A stretch of DNA of 64,000 bases from Chiloscyllium plagiosum (GCF_004010195.1 NC_057725.1:44678349-44742348); one strand, 5' to 3'. Positions 47,831-60,277 are shown, counted from the stretch's first letter. Translations and numbers: made by a program. The notes: generated from the letters alone by a model not told the origin.

Positions 47831-49904
47831 TAGCTGCCACCTCCTCGCACAGTCAAGTGCTTCAGTGGAGAAAATTCTCATACCCTCTGTGTATTCACCG
47901 TGTACAGTAGCCAATTTATTTTGCCTGTCAACAAAAAGTCAATCGAGTGTTGCTCACAATTTGACGTGGTCGCTCCAAAGCCTATTTAAACTCATAACTT
48001 TATTATTAAAGGTTCCTAAATACTTCATACTTTGGTGTAAACTTGCAAAGTTAAATATTAGTACTTTCCTTAAGGCATAAAAACATCACTCAATTTTCCT
48101 GGTGAGCTTGGGATCGGTTACTTTATGTCATAAATTACTCATCCTATAATCCCTTAGACAATAAGAAGTTTGTTTGGCACCACTTTCTGGAGCAATCCTT
48201 CCGAATGCTATTCCTCTTTTTAATTACCTTTGAAGCATTTAATTTGAAACTTGAAACCCTGAGTTGAAACATCAGAATGGAACCAATGTAAACTGTCCCT
48301 CTGTGATGAGTGTAGCTGTTCACATTTTCCAGAAAGAAAAATAGCATGTGGAGTATTTGGATTTCTGACACTGGTTTTATGCAACAAAGAAAATGTTCTC
48401 AAAAATATTTTGCAAACTAGCAAATTTACTTATGAGGTAACCATGACAACCAAATTGAGATTTGCAGGGTGTACTGAACAGTGCAAGATGCTATTATCAA
48501 CTCAAACATGTTTTGTTACAGATCAATCTTGAGTTTATTGCAGGAAAAGAATCTTCAAATAAAGAAAAATTAGGATTTGGGCAAGGCCTGGATGGATAAT
48601 GGGAATAAGATCAAAAAGCAAGACGAAATTGAAGGGCTTAAGAAAAAGCTAAAGAATAAATCCACATCTCTCACCAAAACTGATGATTCCAGAAACAACT
48701 GGATTAGGCCCATCGTTATTTGAGAGCACAATATAAGAAAATGTTCTGTTGTATGCAAATTTTTTTCCATTAGGTGGAATGAAAGGTCACAGTGAGAATT
48801 TAATCCATCGATTAGAGAATCAGCTGGAAACCCACTTTTGTCCTGAGAGGAGGCCTGACCAGATTAATTGCATGTTCCTCAATATATTACAGTTCTAGAT
48901 GGGTTCCCTAAATTGTCAACTTCCCTATTGAAGAAGGATGAATTGGCTTACCCTCTTATTTCCTTCCTGCCCCTTCTTTAGTTGCGACAAAGTTAATTTG
49001 AAAGGATGGCTTTCTCCCAGGACCAAATGAATTAATGCTTTAAAAGAAACCAATTTAACTGTGCTTTCTTTAATTAACAGAAGTGTATAAGTATGAGTTA
49101 TTATACAGGATTATAAATGATTGAATTTTACAAGAAATCAGCTAATTGTCATTTTTGTAGATTTTAAGACGAGTTTCTTTCCACAAGCCCAAGCAAATTT
49201 TCTCATGCTGTCATTCCAAATTCACCTCATTAAGCACAAGCCACTCTGTTATGATGCCAAGCTTGACTGTTGCGAGGCCAATTTCCCCATTCACTGTAAC
49301 TGCACATATTCACTGCTGTTGAGCCATTCTGAGAACCAAGGCCCTGGTGCACTATTTAAAAGGCCAAGGTAATTTGTCAAAGGCAGTTTGCAGACAGGGA
49401 CCTGACAGTCCTATTGGCTATGCAGAGGAGGGTCGCCTCATTCTCCAGGACCAGCACAGAAGGGTACCAGAACATCAGACCATGCTGACCTTGTCTAAGG
49501 TTATCACCCAAGTCACTCTGGTCTCAAATATCCGGAGAAAGAAGATCATTGACCTTCTCTAATCTGCCTGCATAAGTGCTACCCGAACTCACTCTAGGGT
49601 GTCTTTCATCTATACAGTATGAGTGTCTGTGTAATTCTCTTACCCTTTGAAAGGCCTTGGATCGCTTAAAATTGTATATCCCCACCCTCACAGAATGAAA
49701 TATCCAGTTTGTGTTAGCAGCCATCTTAAACTCTGTTGCATGAGAGAAGGAAATAGCAGTTTCTCCTGACACAATGTATCTCAACGTCAGCCTCTCACTA
49801 CTGGTGAATTCTCAAATATACACATTCCTTTCTTGGTCACTTACCCTGTCAACACCATCAGCTTTGAACTTCTGCAGGCTCTTACTCAAGCTGTCTATCT
49901 AAGT

Positions 49905-52900
49905 TGAGCTGAAAATGTGTTGCTGGAAAAGCGCAGCAGGTCAGGCAGCATCCAAGGAACAGGAGAATCGATGTTTCGGGTATAAGCCCTTCTTCAGGAA
50001 TGAGGAAGGTGTGCCAAGAAGGCTAAGATAAAAGGTAGGAAGGAGGGACTTGGGGGAGGGGCGTTGGAAATGCAATAGGTGGAAGGAGGTCAAGGTGAGG
50101 GTGATAGGCCGGAGTGGAGTGGAGAGGTCAAGAAGAAGATTGCAGGTTAGGAAGGTGGTGCTGAATTCGAGGGATTTGACTGAGATAAGGTGGGGGGAGG
50201 GGAAGTGAGGAAACTGGAGAAATCTGAGNNNNNNNNNNNNNNNNNNNNNNNNNNNNNNNNNNNNNNNNNNNNNNNNNNNNNNNNNNNNNNNNNNNNNNNN
50301 NNNNNNNNNNNNNNNNNNNNNNNNNNNNNNNNNNNNNNNNNNNNNNNNNNNNNNNNNNNNNNNNNNNNNNNNNNNNNNNNNNNNNNNNNNNNNNNNNNNN
50401 NNNNNNNNNNNNNNNNNNNNNNNNNNNNNNNNNNNNNNNNNNNNNNNNNNNNNNNNNNNNNNNNNNNNNNNNNNNNNNNNNNNNNNNNNNNNNNNNNNNN
50501 NNNNNNNNNNNNNNNNNNNNNNNNNNNNNNNNNNNNNNNNNNNNNNNNNNNNNNNNNNNNNNNNNNNNNNNNNNNNNNNNNNNNNNNNNNNNNNNNNNNN
50601 NNNNNNNNNNNNNNNNNNNNNNNNNNNNNNNNNNNNNNNNNNNNNNNNNNNNNNNNNNNNNNNNNNNNNNNNNNNNNNNNNNNNNNNNNNNNNNNNNNNN
50701 NNNNNNNNNNNNNNNNNNNNNNNNNNNNNNNNNNNNNNNNNNNNNNNNNNNNNNNNNNNNNNNNNNNNNNNNNNNNNNNNNNNNNNNNNNNNNNNNNNNN
50801 NNNNNNNNNNNNNNNNNNNNNNNNNNNNNNNNNNNNNNNNNNNNNNNNNNNNNNNNNNNNNNNNNNNNNNNNNNNNNNNNNNNNNNNNNNNNNNNNNNNN
50901 NNNNNNNNNNNNNNNNNNNNNNNNNNNNNNNNNNNNNNNNNNNNNNNNNNNNNNNNNNNNNNNNNNNNNNNNNNNNNNNNNNNNNNNNNNNNNNNNNNNN
51001 NNNNNNNNNNNNNNNNGGGTGGAAGGTGTTGGTAAAGTGGATGAACTGTTCAACTTCCTCATGGGAGCACGAGGCAGCACCGATACAGTCATCAATGTAG
51101 CGGAGGGTGGTGCCACTGTAGCTGCGGAAGATGGACTGTTCCACATATCCTACGAAGAGGCAGGCATAGCTGGGGCCCAGGGTGAGGACCAGTTCAGTCA
51201 GTCGAAGGAGGGTGTCAGTGGAAGGGTACTGGTTGGTACAGCGGGAAAGGAAGAAGCGGAGGGCTTTGAGTCCTTCGTGATGGGGATGGAGGTGTACAGG
51301 GACTGGATGTCCATGGTGATGAAGATAAGTTGGGGACCAAGGAAGCGTGGAGGGCGTGGGTGGTGTCCCGAACGTAGGTGGTGAGTTCTTGGACTAAGGG
51401 GGACAGGACCGTGTCGAGGTATGCAGAGATGAGTTCGGTGGGGCAGGAGCAGGCTGAGACAATGGGTCGGCCGGGGCAGTCAGGTTTGTGGATTTTGGGC
51501 AAGAGGTAGAAACGGGCGGTGCGTGGTGACGGACATCGGCGTGGGGGCGGGGTTAGGCATGGTGACAGAGATCGGCGTGGGGGTGGAGTTAAGCGTGGTG
51601 ACGGAGATCGGCATGTCCGTCACCATACCCAACTCCGCCTCCACGCCGATCTCCGTCCCCCGCCTCCATGCCTAACCCCGACCCAACTCCCTGCTCCAGC
51701 CCCACACCAGGTCCGAGCTCCTCGCTCCCAGCCCTGCCGTGTTTCCACCATCCCTCCAGAACTACCCCTCTCTGAGGATGAAAGATCAGTCCTCAGCAGA
51801 GGCCTCACCTTCATTCCCCTACGCTCTCGGATCAACGAGTTCAACACACGGTGTGACATCGAACAATTCTTCCGCCACCTTCGCCTCCGTGCCTACTTCT
51901 TCAACCAAGACTCTCGCCCATCCTCTGATGACCCCTTCTCCCGCCTCCAATACACCCCATCCTCCTGGACACCCTGTGCTGGCCTCTTACCCGCCTCGAC
52001 CTCTTCATAGCCAAGTGCCGCCGCGACATTAACCGCCTCAACTTCTCCACTCCTCTCACCCACTCCAACCTCTCACCCTCGGAACATGCAGCCCTCCACT
52101 CCCTCCGTTCCAACCCCAACCTCACTATCAAACCAACAGACAAGGGAGGCGCAGTAGTAGTTTGGCACACCGACCTTTATACCGCTGAGGCTAAACGCCA
52201 GCTCGCGGACACCTCCTCCTACTGCCCCTTGATCATGACCCCACCTCCCACCACCAAACCATCATCTCCCAGACCATCCATAACCTCATCGCCTCAGGGG
52301 ATCTCCCATCCCCCACCTCCAACTTCATAGTCCAACAATCCCGCACAGCCCATTTCTACCTCTTACCCAAAATCCACAAACCTGACTGTCCCGGCCGACC
52401 CATTGTCTCAGCCTGCTCCTGCCCCACCGAACTCATCTCTGCATACCTCGACACGGTCCTGTCCCCCTTAGTCCAAGAACTCACCACCTACGTTCGGGAC
52501 ACCACCCACGCCCTCCACCTCCTCCATGATTTTCGCTTCCCCGGTCCCCAACGCCTTATTTTCACCATGGACATCCAGTCCCTGTACACCTCCATCCCCC
52601 ATCACGAAGGACTCAAAGCCCTCCGCTTCTTCCTCTCCCGCCGTACCAACCAGTACCCTTCCACTGACACCCTCCTTCAACTGACTGAACTGGTCCTCAC
52701 CCTGAACAACTTCTCCTTCCAATCCTCCCACTTCCTCCAAACGAAAGGAGTAGCCATGGGCACCCACATGGGCCCCAGCTATGCCTGCCTCTTCGTAGGA
52801 TATGTGGAACAATCCATCTTCCGCAACGACACTGGCCCCACCCCCCACCTTTTCCTCCACTACATCGATGACTGTATCGGCGCNNNNNNNNNNNNNNNNN

Positions 52901-53884
52901 NNNNNNNNNNNNNNNNNNNNNNNNNNNNNNNNNNNNNNNNNNNNNNNNNNNNNNNNNNNNNNNNNNNNNNNNNNNNNNNNNNNNNNNNNNNNNNNNNNNN
53001 NNNNNNNNNNNNNNNNNNNNNNNNNNNNNNNNNNNNNNNNNNNNNNNNNNNNNNNNNNNNNNNNNNNNNNNNNNNNNNNNNNNNNNNNNNNNNNNNNNNN
53101 NNNNNNNNNNNNNNNNNNNNNNNNNNNNNNNNNNNNNNNNNNNNNNNNNNNNNNNNNNNNNNNNNNNNNNNNNNNNNNNNNNNNNNNNNNNNNNNNNNNN
53201 NNNNNNNNNNNNNNNNNNNNNNNNNNNNNNNNNNNNNNNNNNNNNNNNNNNNNNNNNNNNNNNNNNNNNNNNNNNNNNNNNNNNNNNNNNNNNNNNNNNN
53301 NNNNNNNNNNNNNNNNNNNNNNNNNNNNNNNNNNNNNNNNNNNNNNNNNNNNNNNNNNNNNNNNNNNNNNNNNNNNNNNNNNNNNNNNNNNNNNNNNNNN
53401 NNNNNNNNNNNNNNNNNNNNNNNNNNNNNNNNNNNNNNNNNNNNNNNNNNNNNNNNNNNNNNNNNNNNNNNNNNNNNNNNNNNNNNNNNNNNNNNNNNNN
53501 NNNNNNNNNNNNNNNNNNNNNNNNNNNNNNNNNNNNNNNNNNNNNNNNNNNNNNNNNNNNNNNNNNNNNNNNNNNNNNNNNNNNNNNNNNNNNNNNNNNN
53601 NNNNNNNNNNNNNNNNNNNNNNNNNNNNNNNNNNNNNNNNNNNNNNNNNNNNNNNNNNNNNNNNNNNNNNNNNNNNNNNNNNNNNNNNNTCCAACGCCCC
53701 TCCCCCAAGTCCCTCCTCCCCACCTTTTAGCTTAGCCTGCTGGGCACACTTTCCTCATTCCTGAAGAAGGGCTTATACCCGAAACTTCGATTCTCCTGTT
53801 CCTTGGATGCTGCCTGACCTGCTGCGCTTTTCTAGCAACACATTTTCAGCTCTGATCTCCAGCATCTGCAGCCCTCACTTTCTC
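49905..53884. mobile_element. About 4-kb inverted Neptune-type PLE insertion (left arm minus 49905-51612, right arm plus 51613-53884)
   Basis: Both arms have PLE RT motifs ([28 protein letters not shown]). The right arm also has LSEDERSVLSRGLTF and DKG motifs, with frameshifts. A single 14-bp TSD CTGTCTATCTAAGT lies at 49891-49904 and 53885-53898. N gaps at 50229-51016 and 52884-53689. Confidence 0.88.
51521..51670. repeat. 36-bp GC-rich tandem repeat at the apex of the PLE palindrome, orientation flips near 51612
   Basis: Units gcgtggtgacggacatcggcgtgggggcggggttag start at 51521, 51557 and 51593 (partial), followed by reverse-complement units. Confidence 0.75.
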
Positions 53885-55320
53885 CTGTCTATCTAAGTCT
53901 ACAATCTGCAGACTTCACCACATCCCAAGGCATATTATTTAAACATCACAGTGGTGTACTGTAACCTCCTTAAAATAGAAACTGGGGAGCTGTTGTCTGT
54001 CAATGGCCCCCCTCCTGCATCACCCTTTCCTTCATTGCTCTATTATCTCTCCCTCTCTTATTTTGAATATTCCCCTTATCAATTAGATTCTCCTCTGCAG
54101 CCCAGCATGATGCCTCTAATCCCTACAAATAAGTTCCCCAGCTTCTTTCCCAACTATACCATTCCTGATGGGCAAAGGCAAAAGAACAGACAATTCTTAA
54201 TCTGCTTTCTTATCTGAGCTGAATTTGTTAAGCAGAGTAGAGGCAGCAGAAGAAGTACAAGAAATTTTAACCGAATAAATGAGTGCGTTTGGAAATGAGC
54301 AGGTGGTTAAAGTGGCTCAAATAAACTACACTTTTGGAAATCAGCTGCAAGATATCAAATTCCACTTTCAACTACAACATGTTTGGGAGCACGCGAGAAA
54401 CTCTGCAGGAGATGCAGGTTGACAAGTTCATTATGTTAAAAGGCAATTAACAGCTTTTTTAACTGAGCTTTTCAAAAAAAATCAATGTGGCTTTCCTGGG
54501 ACTTACTGGTGAGGGCAGGGCTGCAGAGGCTATGAGTCGACGAGACTGAACACAGGACAAGCAAGAAATTCTGTAAATTTTGAGATTCCAGCGCTTAGGT
54601 AAAATGATTTTGCTTACAAGACTTATTCTGAGCGTGTTTTTCCACTATCTTTGAGGCAATTTCTCATTTGTTGTAGTTTTGACTGTTGATCTACATTTTC
54701 CATCTGATAAAAATCAATTAATTACGGTGTCACTTACTCATTAATATCTTGGACCTCAGATAAAGACAATGATGATCAGCAAAACATAGATCATTTAATA
54801 TAGAAAACACAACAACACAGTGCAGGAACAGGCCCTTCAGCCCACCATGTCTGTACTAACCATGAAGTCATTATGAACTAATCTCATCTGTTTGCACATG
54901 GTCCACATCCCTTTCTTCCCTGCCTGTATGTCTGACCAAATGTTTCTTAAAAATTGCTATATTATCTGCTTCTACCACCTCCCCTGGCAGCATGTTGCAG
55001 GCACATACCACCCTTTGTATAAAAACCTTTCCTCGCACATCTCCTTTAAACATTCCGCCTCTCAGCTTAAAATTATGCATCCTAGTATTTGACATTTCCA
55101 TCCTGGGAAAAGGACTCTGACTATCCACCCTATCCATAGCTCTTACTATTATATATACTTCTATCGAATTGCCCCTCAGCCTCTGATGTTCAATTGAAAA
55201 CAATCCAAGTTTGTCCACCCTCTCCTTGTAGCTAATACTCTCCAATCCAGGCAACATCCTGGCGAACCTTTTATGCACCTTCTCTAAGACCTCCACTTCC
55301 TTTCTATAGTGTGGTGACTA

Positions 55321-55627
55321 TTGGGACAGCATTATGGCTCAGTGGTTAGCATTGTTGCCTCACAGTGCAAGGGACCCGGGTTTGGTTCCAGCCGTGTGTG
55401 ACTGTTTGTGTGGAGTTTGCATATTCTCCCAGTGTCTGTGAGGGTTTCCTCTGGGTGCTCCAGTTTTCTTCCACAGTCCAAAGATGTACAGACTACGTGG
55501 ATTGGTCATGCTAATTCTCCATAGTATCCAGGGATGTGCAGCCAGGGGAAATGCAGGGTTACAGGGATAGGGTAGGAGGTGGGTCTGGGTGAGACGCTGT
55601 TCAGAGGCTCAGTGTGAACTTGATGAG
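55321..55627 (+). mobile_element. HE1/V-SINE-type SINE, 3' end replaced by PLE sequence
   Basis: tggctcagtggttagcattgttgcctcacag…V-domain…gtgaacttgatgagcc. Confidence 0.85.
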
Positions 55628-55920
55628 CCTCTTCCTTGAACTGCCTACCTTGAACTGTTCCTCGGATGCTGTCTGACCTCCTGTGCTTTTCCAGCACTAC
55701 ACTCTCGACTCTGAGCTCTAGCATCTGCAGTCCTCACTTTCTCCTAGTTGATTTCAACCTTACTGTGAAGCCTCTTCCAAGGATGCCTACCTTGATGCTG
55801 TTGAAGGGCTTATGCACGAAACATTGATTCTCCTGCTCCTCTGATGCTGCCTGACCTGCTGTGCTTTTCCAGCAGTACACTCTCGACTCTGCTCCAGCAT
55901 CTGCAGTCCTCACTCTCTCC
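55628..55920 (+). mobile_element. Direct tandem of PLE 3' ends (pLTR units)
   Basis: Two same-orientation copies of ggatgctgcctgacctgctgtgcttttccagca…ctgcagtcctcactttctcc; the first reads through into tagttgatttcaacc…. Confidence 0.8.
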
Positions 55921-56555
55921 TTAGACATCTGCAACATGACTTGCCAACTTTTGTACTCAATGTCCCAAACTTTGATGGCAAGCATGCCATATGCCTTCTT
56001 TACCACTTTATCCACTTGTGTTGCCACTTGCATGGAACTATGTACTTGCTCCCCACAATCTCTCTATATATCAATACTCCTAAGGGTCTTGAAATTTATT
56101 CTTTTTCTTTCGTCTTGCATTTGACCTCCAAAAATGCATCACCTTGCACTTGTCTGGATGCGACTCCATCAGCCATTTCTCCAACCAAATTTCCAACTGA
56201 TCTACTGTCCAGTATGTCCTTTGACAACCTTCCTCGCTATCCACATATTCTGAACATCTTTGTAGATGTTATTAAAGTGCTTAACTTGGTGAGGTATGCA
56301 ACTTTGCACAAGACAACTCCACCAATGTTAGTGTTATCTGCAAACTAAAGCTGCAGCGTTCTCCTCACCAAACTGCAGCTCCACAGGAGAGAAGGCATGA
56401 ACAGAGAATTAAATATCCAAACATGAGTGCCTCAGGAGGTTCAAGCTATCATGAGATGATCTGTGATCCTTACAGCGTTTCTCTTTCCGAGTGACACAGA
56501 GACTGTTCCTTTCATATTGCTGTCAAATTCACAACTGACTTCAATTTCATTGCAG

Positions 56556-56769
56556 CCAAAGTGAGGACTGCAGAAGCGAGAGATTAGAGTCGAGAGTGTG
56601 GTGCTGGAAAAGCACAGCAGGTCAGGCAGCATTTGAGGGGCAGGAAAATCGACATTTTGGGCAAAAGTCCTTCATCAGGTTTCCTGATGAAGGGCTTTTG
56701 CCTGAAATGTCAGTTTTCCTCCTCCTTGTTGCTGCCTGACCTGCTGTGCTTTTCCAGCACCATACTCTC
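56556..56769 (-). mobile_element. PLE mini fold-back element
   Basis: Inverted arms around …ccttcatcagg tttcctgatgaagggc…; 17-bp TSD GACTTCAATTTCATTGC at 56537-56553 and 56770-56786. Confidence 0.88.
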
Positions 56770-57144
56770 GACTTCAATTTCATTGCCCTTGGCTACTTCC
56801 AAGGAGTTGCAAGAAATCTTATTAGTTTCTTGTAATCTGCTGCTCACAAATGGATCATGTATGTCATGGAGATATTATGTTGGCCAGTGCCAACATAACA
56901 GGGCCATGTGCACTCTGTAATCAACCATCAGAATGAGCCCATGTCCTGTTTTACTGCTCTACTGGCTTTCCACACATCCTGGGAATCATTGACTGAATGG
57001 CTGTGGCAATTATAGTTGCCGCAGATAAACCTGGAATCCTCACAATTGCAAATGTTTTAATTCCATTTCTGTGTAGCTTGGGTACAACTGCAGAAACGTC
57101 ATTATGTATGTTTGTGGAAAATTCCTGTGAACTGCCACAATACC

Positions 57145-57635
57145 AAATCCTTCCTATTCATATACCCATCCAGATGCCTTTTAAATGTTGTAATTGTACT
57201 AGTATCCACCACTTCCTCTGGCAGCTCATTCCATATACATACCACCCTCTGCGTGGAAACGTTGCCCCTTACATCTCTTTTATATCTTTCCCCTTTCACT
57301 CAAAACCTATGCCCTTGAGTTCTGGACACCCCCACTCCAAGGAAAAGACTTTGTCTATTTATTTTATCCATACCCCTCATGATTTTATAAACCTCTATAA
57401 GATCACCCCTCAGTCTCCGATGCTCCAGGGAAAACAGCCCCAGCCTAGTTAACCTCTCCCTATAGCCCAAATCCCCCAACTCTGGCAAAATGCTTGTAAA
57501 CCTTTTCTGAACCCTGTCAAATTACACAACATCCTTCTGATAGGAAGGAAACCAGAAGTGCAAACAATACACCAAAAGTGGCCTAACCAATGTTAGCTAC
57601 AACCATGACCTCCCAACTCCTGTGCTCAATACTCT
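57145..57635 (-). mobile_element. CR1 LINE 3' fragment
   Basis: ORF 57300..57488(-): [31 protein letters not shown]. Confidence 0.87.
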
Positions 57636-60277
57636 AGCCACTGCCTAACCTATTCCAAAGTATATGCATGGAGCTGTTCCATATAATGCAATGTGTTCTG
57701 CAATGCCACATCTTTAATGTGAAGAAATTTGATTCCCTGCCTGTACCACTACCTGTCATATGTGATCCTGAACTCTCAAGGTAAAAAGATGAGTCAATCT
57801 TGTTCACATCATATTTCACTGTTGGCTGACATCAAGTAAACCTGAGTGAATCTTCTATGACATGTGGATGTACAAGTTTTAATGCTGTCACCAGGTAGCT
57901 CCAGCTCTTTAGCTCCGATGGCTAGAACTGGCAAGGCATGGCTAATCTCCAATGTCTCTATGTTTGCAATTGCCAAGAGAGAGACAGCTGAGAAGGCCAT
58001 CTCCAAATTACTACCTTTTGTCCTGTGCTTTCCATCTGCAAGGAGGGAAAATGAGATCTTTAAGTAAGAGAACTGAAAGGGATCAAATAGATAGTTCATG
58101 GTCACCATGAAGGATGTTGTGTTGAGTGTTTAGCATGATAAATCGTATCCTTGGTGATCATATCAGTGTGATATGCACTGATTTATTTCAGGTAGCTAGG
58201 ATTCTTTATGATTGTAGCCAGTAACTCAGAGATGTTCCCAACAAAGTAAATAAGGCAACTACTCAGTCTAAAGCATTCTTCTCCTTATTCACATGATTCA
58301 GGGATGTAAGAACAAAATTACTGCCATGTTAATGGTCCTAACATTTGCTTTAGTCAAATCAAGAAAAGCAGAAATGATGGAACATCTAATATAATATCCC
58401 AGTCAAGTATGAACAACTGCAAATGATTATTGATCTGTGTGCAAGTGTAATTTAAAAGATAGCAATGTCCATTATACCTAACAACGTGACCATGCTAAGT
58501 TTCTGTTTTACCAGTATGGAACTTTCATCATTCCATATTGCCACCTGTCCTTTGTGTGCTCTGCGCCCATTCTTGTGATCAATTTAAATGTGGTATATGT
58601 ATATAATATGTATACAGACAATTCAACAAAACACAAGATGCCATTAATCTCATTTCTCTCTGTCAGTTTCCTGTTGCTCATAATTTCCTTCAATGAACGA
58701 ACAGCCTGGAGACTTGCCAGCCAGACTGATGACAGGGTCACTCCTTAACCTGCCATGTCACATTGGACAAGAGTAACTGGCCAATAATGTTCCCATGTTG
58801 ACTAAAGCTAAAATGAGAATGCCTGTCAGACTTCACAGCACTCAGACTCAGTGTTCAGGTCTGCTGCACCAATCTCCACAGCCCCTCCTTCATCCATCTG
58901 TTTTTATAATAATCATAAAAAATGTTATCAATATATTCCAAGTATAATTGTACAAGGCATGCCCTGTTGGCGGCACATACGGTGCAAGGCTACAGAACAC
59001 ATGCTGAGGATCTTCTGTTAAATCCCAGTCACAAAGACTCATTCAGAAATTTACAGAGGGGGTTTCAAACTGAATATTTCATAGATTACAAAGTGAAATC
59101 AACCAAGTTTCTTCCCCAAGGACCTTTCACCAACTTTGGCCAGGCTAAGGATACATAGCCGATTTGAACTTTACACATGAAATTAGTGAATTTGTGAAAT
59201 GCGTGTTGCATTTAAATTGTCTGTTTTGTTCCTGGATCATTGTAAGATAATAATTAAAAGTGCTGCTTTAAATTTCATTAAAAATTATTTAGTTAAATAA
59301 TTTTTTTTCAAAGACAAAGTGGTCATTGATTTATATTAATGAGAACTTTGAGACATTTTATTATTTATTTTTGATGGATAAGAGAACCTTATTGTTTCAC
59401 CAGAACTATGAACCCAGCTGTTCGACTGAAATTAATGATGCAATTCTAACATTCTTGCTGTATTTTGTACACAGGCTTGATTATAATTTTACAGATTTCC
59501 AGTCTGCAAGAATCAATTTAATACAATATGCATTTAGCAGAGAAACTCTTGAAGAGCTTATTAGCATCTTGTAAAGCTAACTAAATACAAAAGTTTTGAT
59601 TCCATCTCCACTTTAGCCATTTTCTTATTGCAGTTCATTAATGTATTACCCTGATTATCTGCATCAGTGTCTGCTTATGAACGCCAATATATTGGATAGC
59701 ACACTGTAAAGAGTGAATGATTGTGATCATATTTTCCAAAGTTATTTATTTGTGGTTATTAATTACATCTAAGTCATACCTAATGAAAACAAATTAATTG
59801 TATGCCTCTTTCTCACTTCCTCCTGTTCAGTCATTACATATGCTTCACCCAAGGCCGCCAAAGGCACCCTTAAAGACTTCAGAAAATTAGCATATCTATG
59901 GTGCCTTAATAACGTGTAGTACTGAATGTAAAGCTTCCATCTCGTCTGAGGATATTGGTGATGTTCCTGCAGCACTGAAATGATGATTCTCCATGTTGGC
60001 TCTATAACAAAGGAAGATAAGAACTGAGCTTGCCTCAAAAAAAATAGATATTTGGGTAAAGGTGACTTTCCAGTACAGCTGAACTTTGACATGCTGTCAC
60101 AAGGTGAGGGATATGCTGCGTGCTTTCATCTACAGAATTCAATATGTTTTCACCCTGTCCACAATTTTCCCTTTTTTTTTTAACTTCTTCAGGCAGCAAC
60201 ACCATTAACCCTTCAAATACTGGATCCTTCATTCCACTAAGGGTGGTGAGCTACTGCACAACTCTACCTGAGAACAT

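Larger units (their letters stand above)
54785..56348 (-). mobile_element. CR1 LINE 3' part, interrupted by a SINE and PLE ends (55321-55920)
   Basis: ORF 54871..55296(-): LEKVHKRFARMLPGLESISYKERVDKLGLFSIE; ORF 55734..56033(-): QVDKVVKKAYGMLA; FADNT-like motif near 56330. Confidence 0.85.

Noticed and set aside
51521-51670. 36-bp repeats resembling a CRISPR array in unit length
   Set aside because: Contiguous tandem units without spacers, inside a eukaryotic retroelement.
32466-53764. Long ORFs (280-486 aa, plus shorter ones from 32466) in the ORF track
   Set aside because: Mostly X translated from N gaps; the real residues are CR1 or PLE reverse-transcriptase fragments.
5001-55627. tRNA-like heads as tRNA genes, and recurring short ORFs such as [12 protein letters not shown]…
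   Set aside because: They are the heads and bodies of SINE copies, not independent genes.
9672-56786. Hairpin elements as DNA-transposon MITEs or miRNA precursors
   Set aside because: Their arms match the 3' ends of RT-coding PLEs in this window, are asymmetric, and have long variable TSDs, unlike TIR elements.
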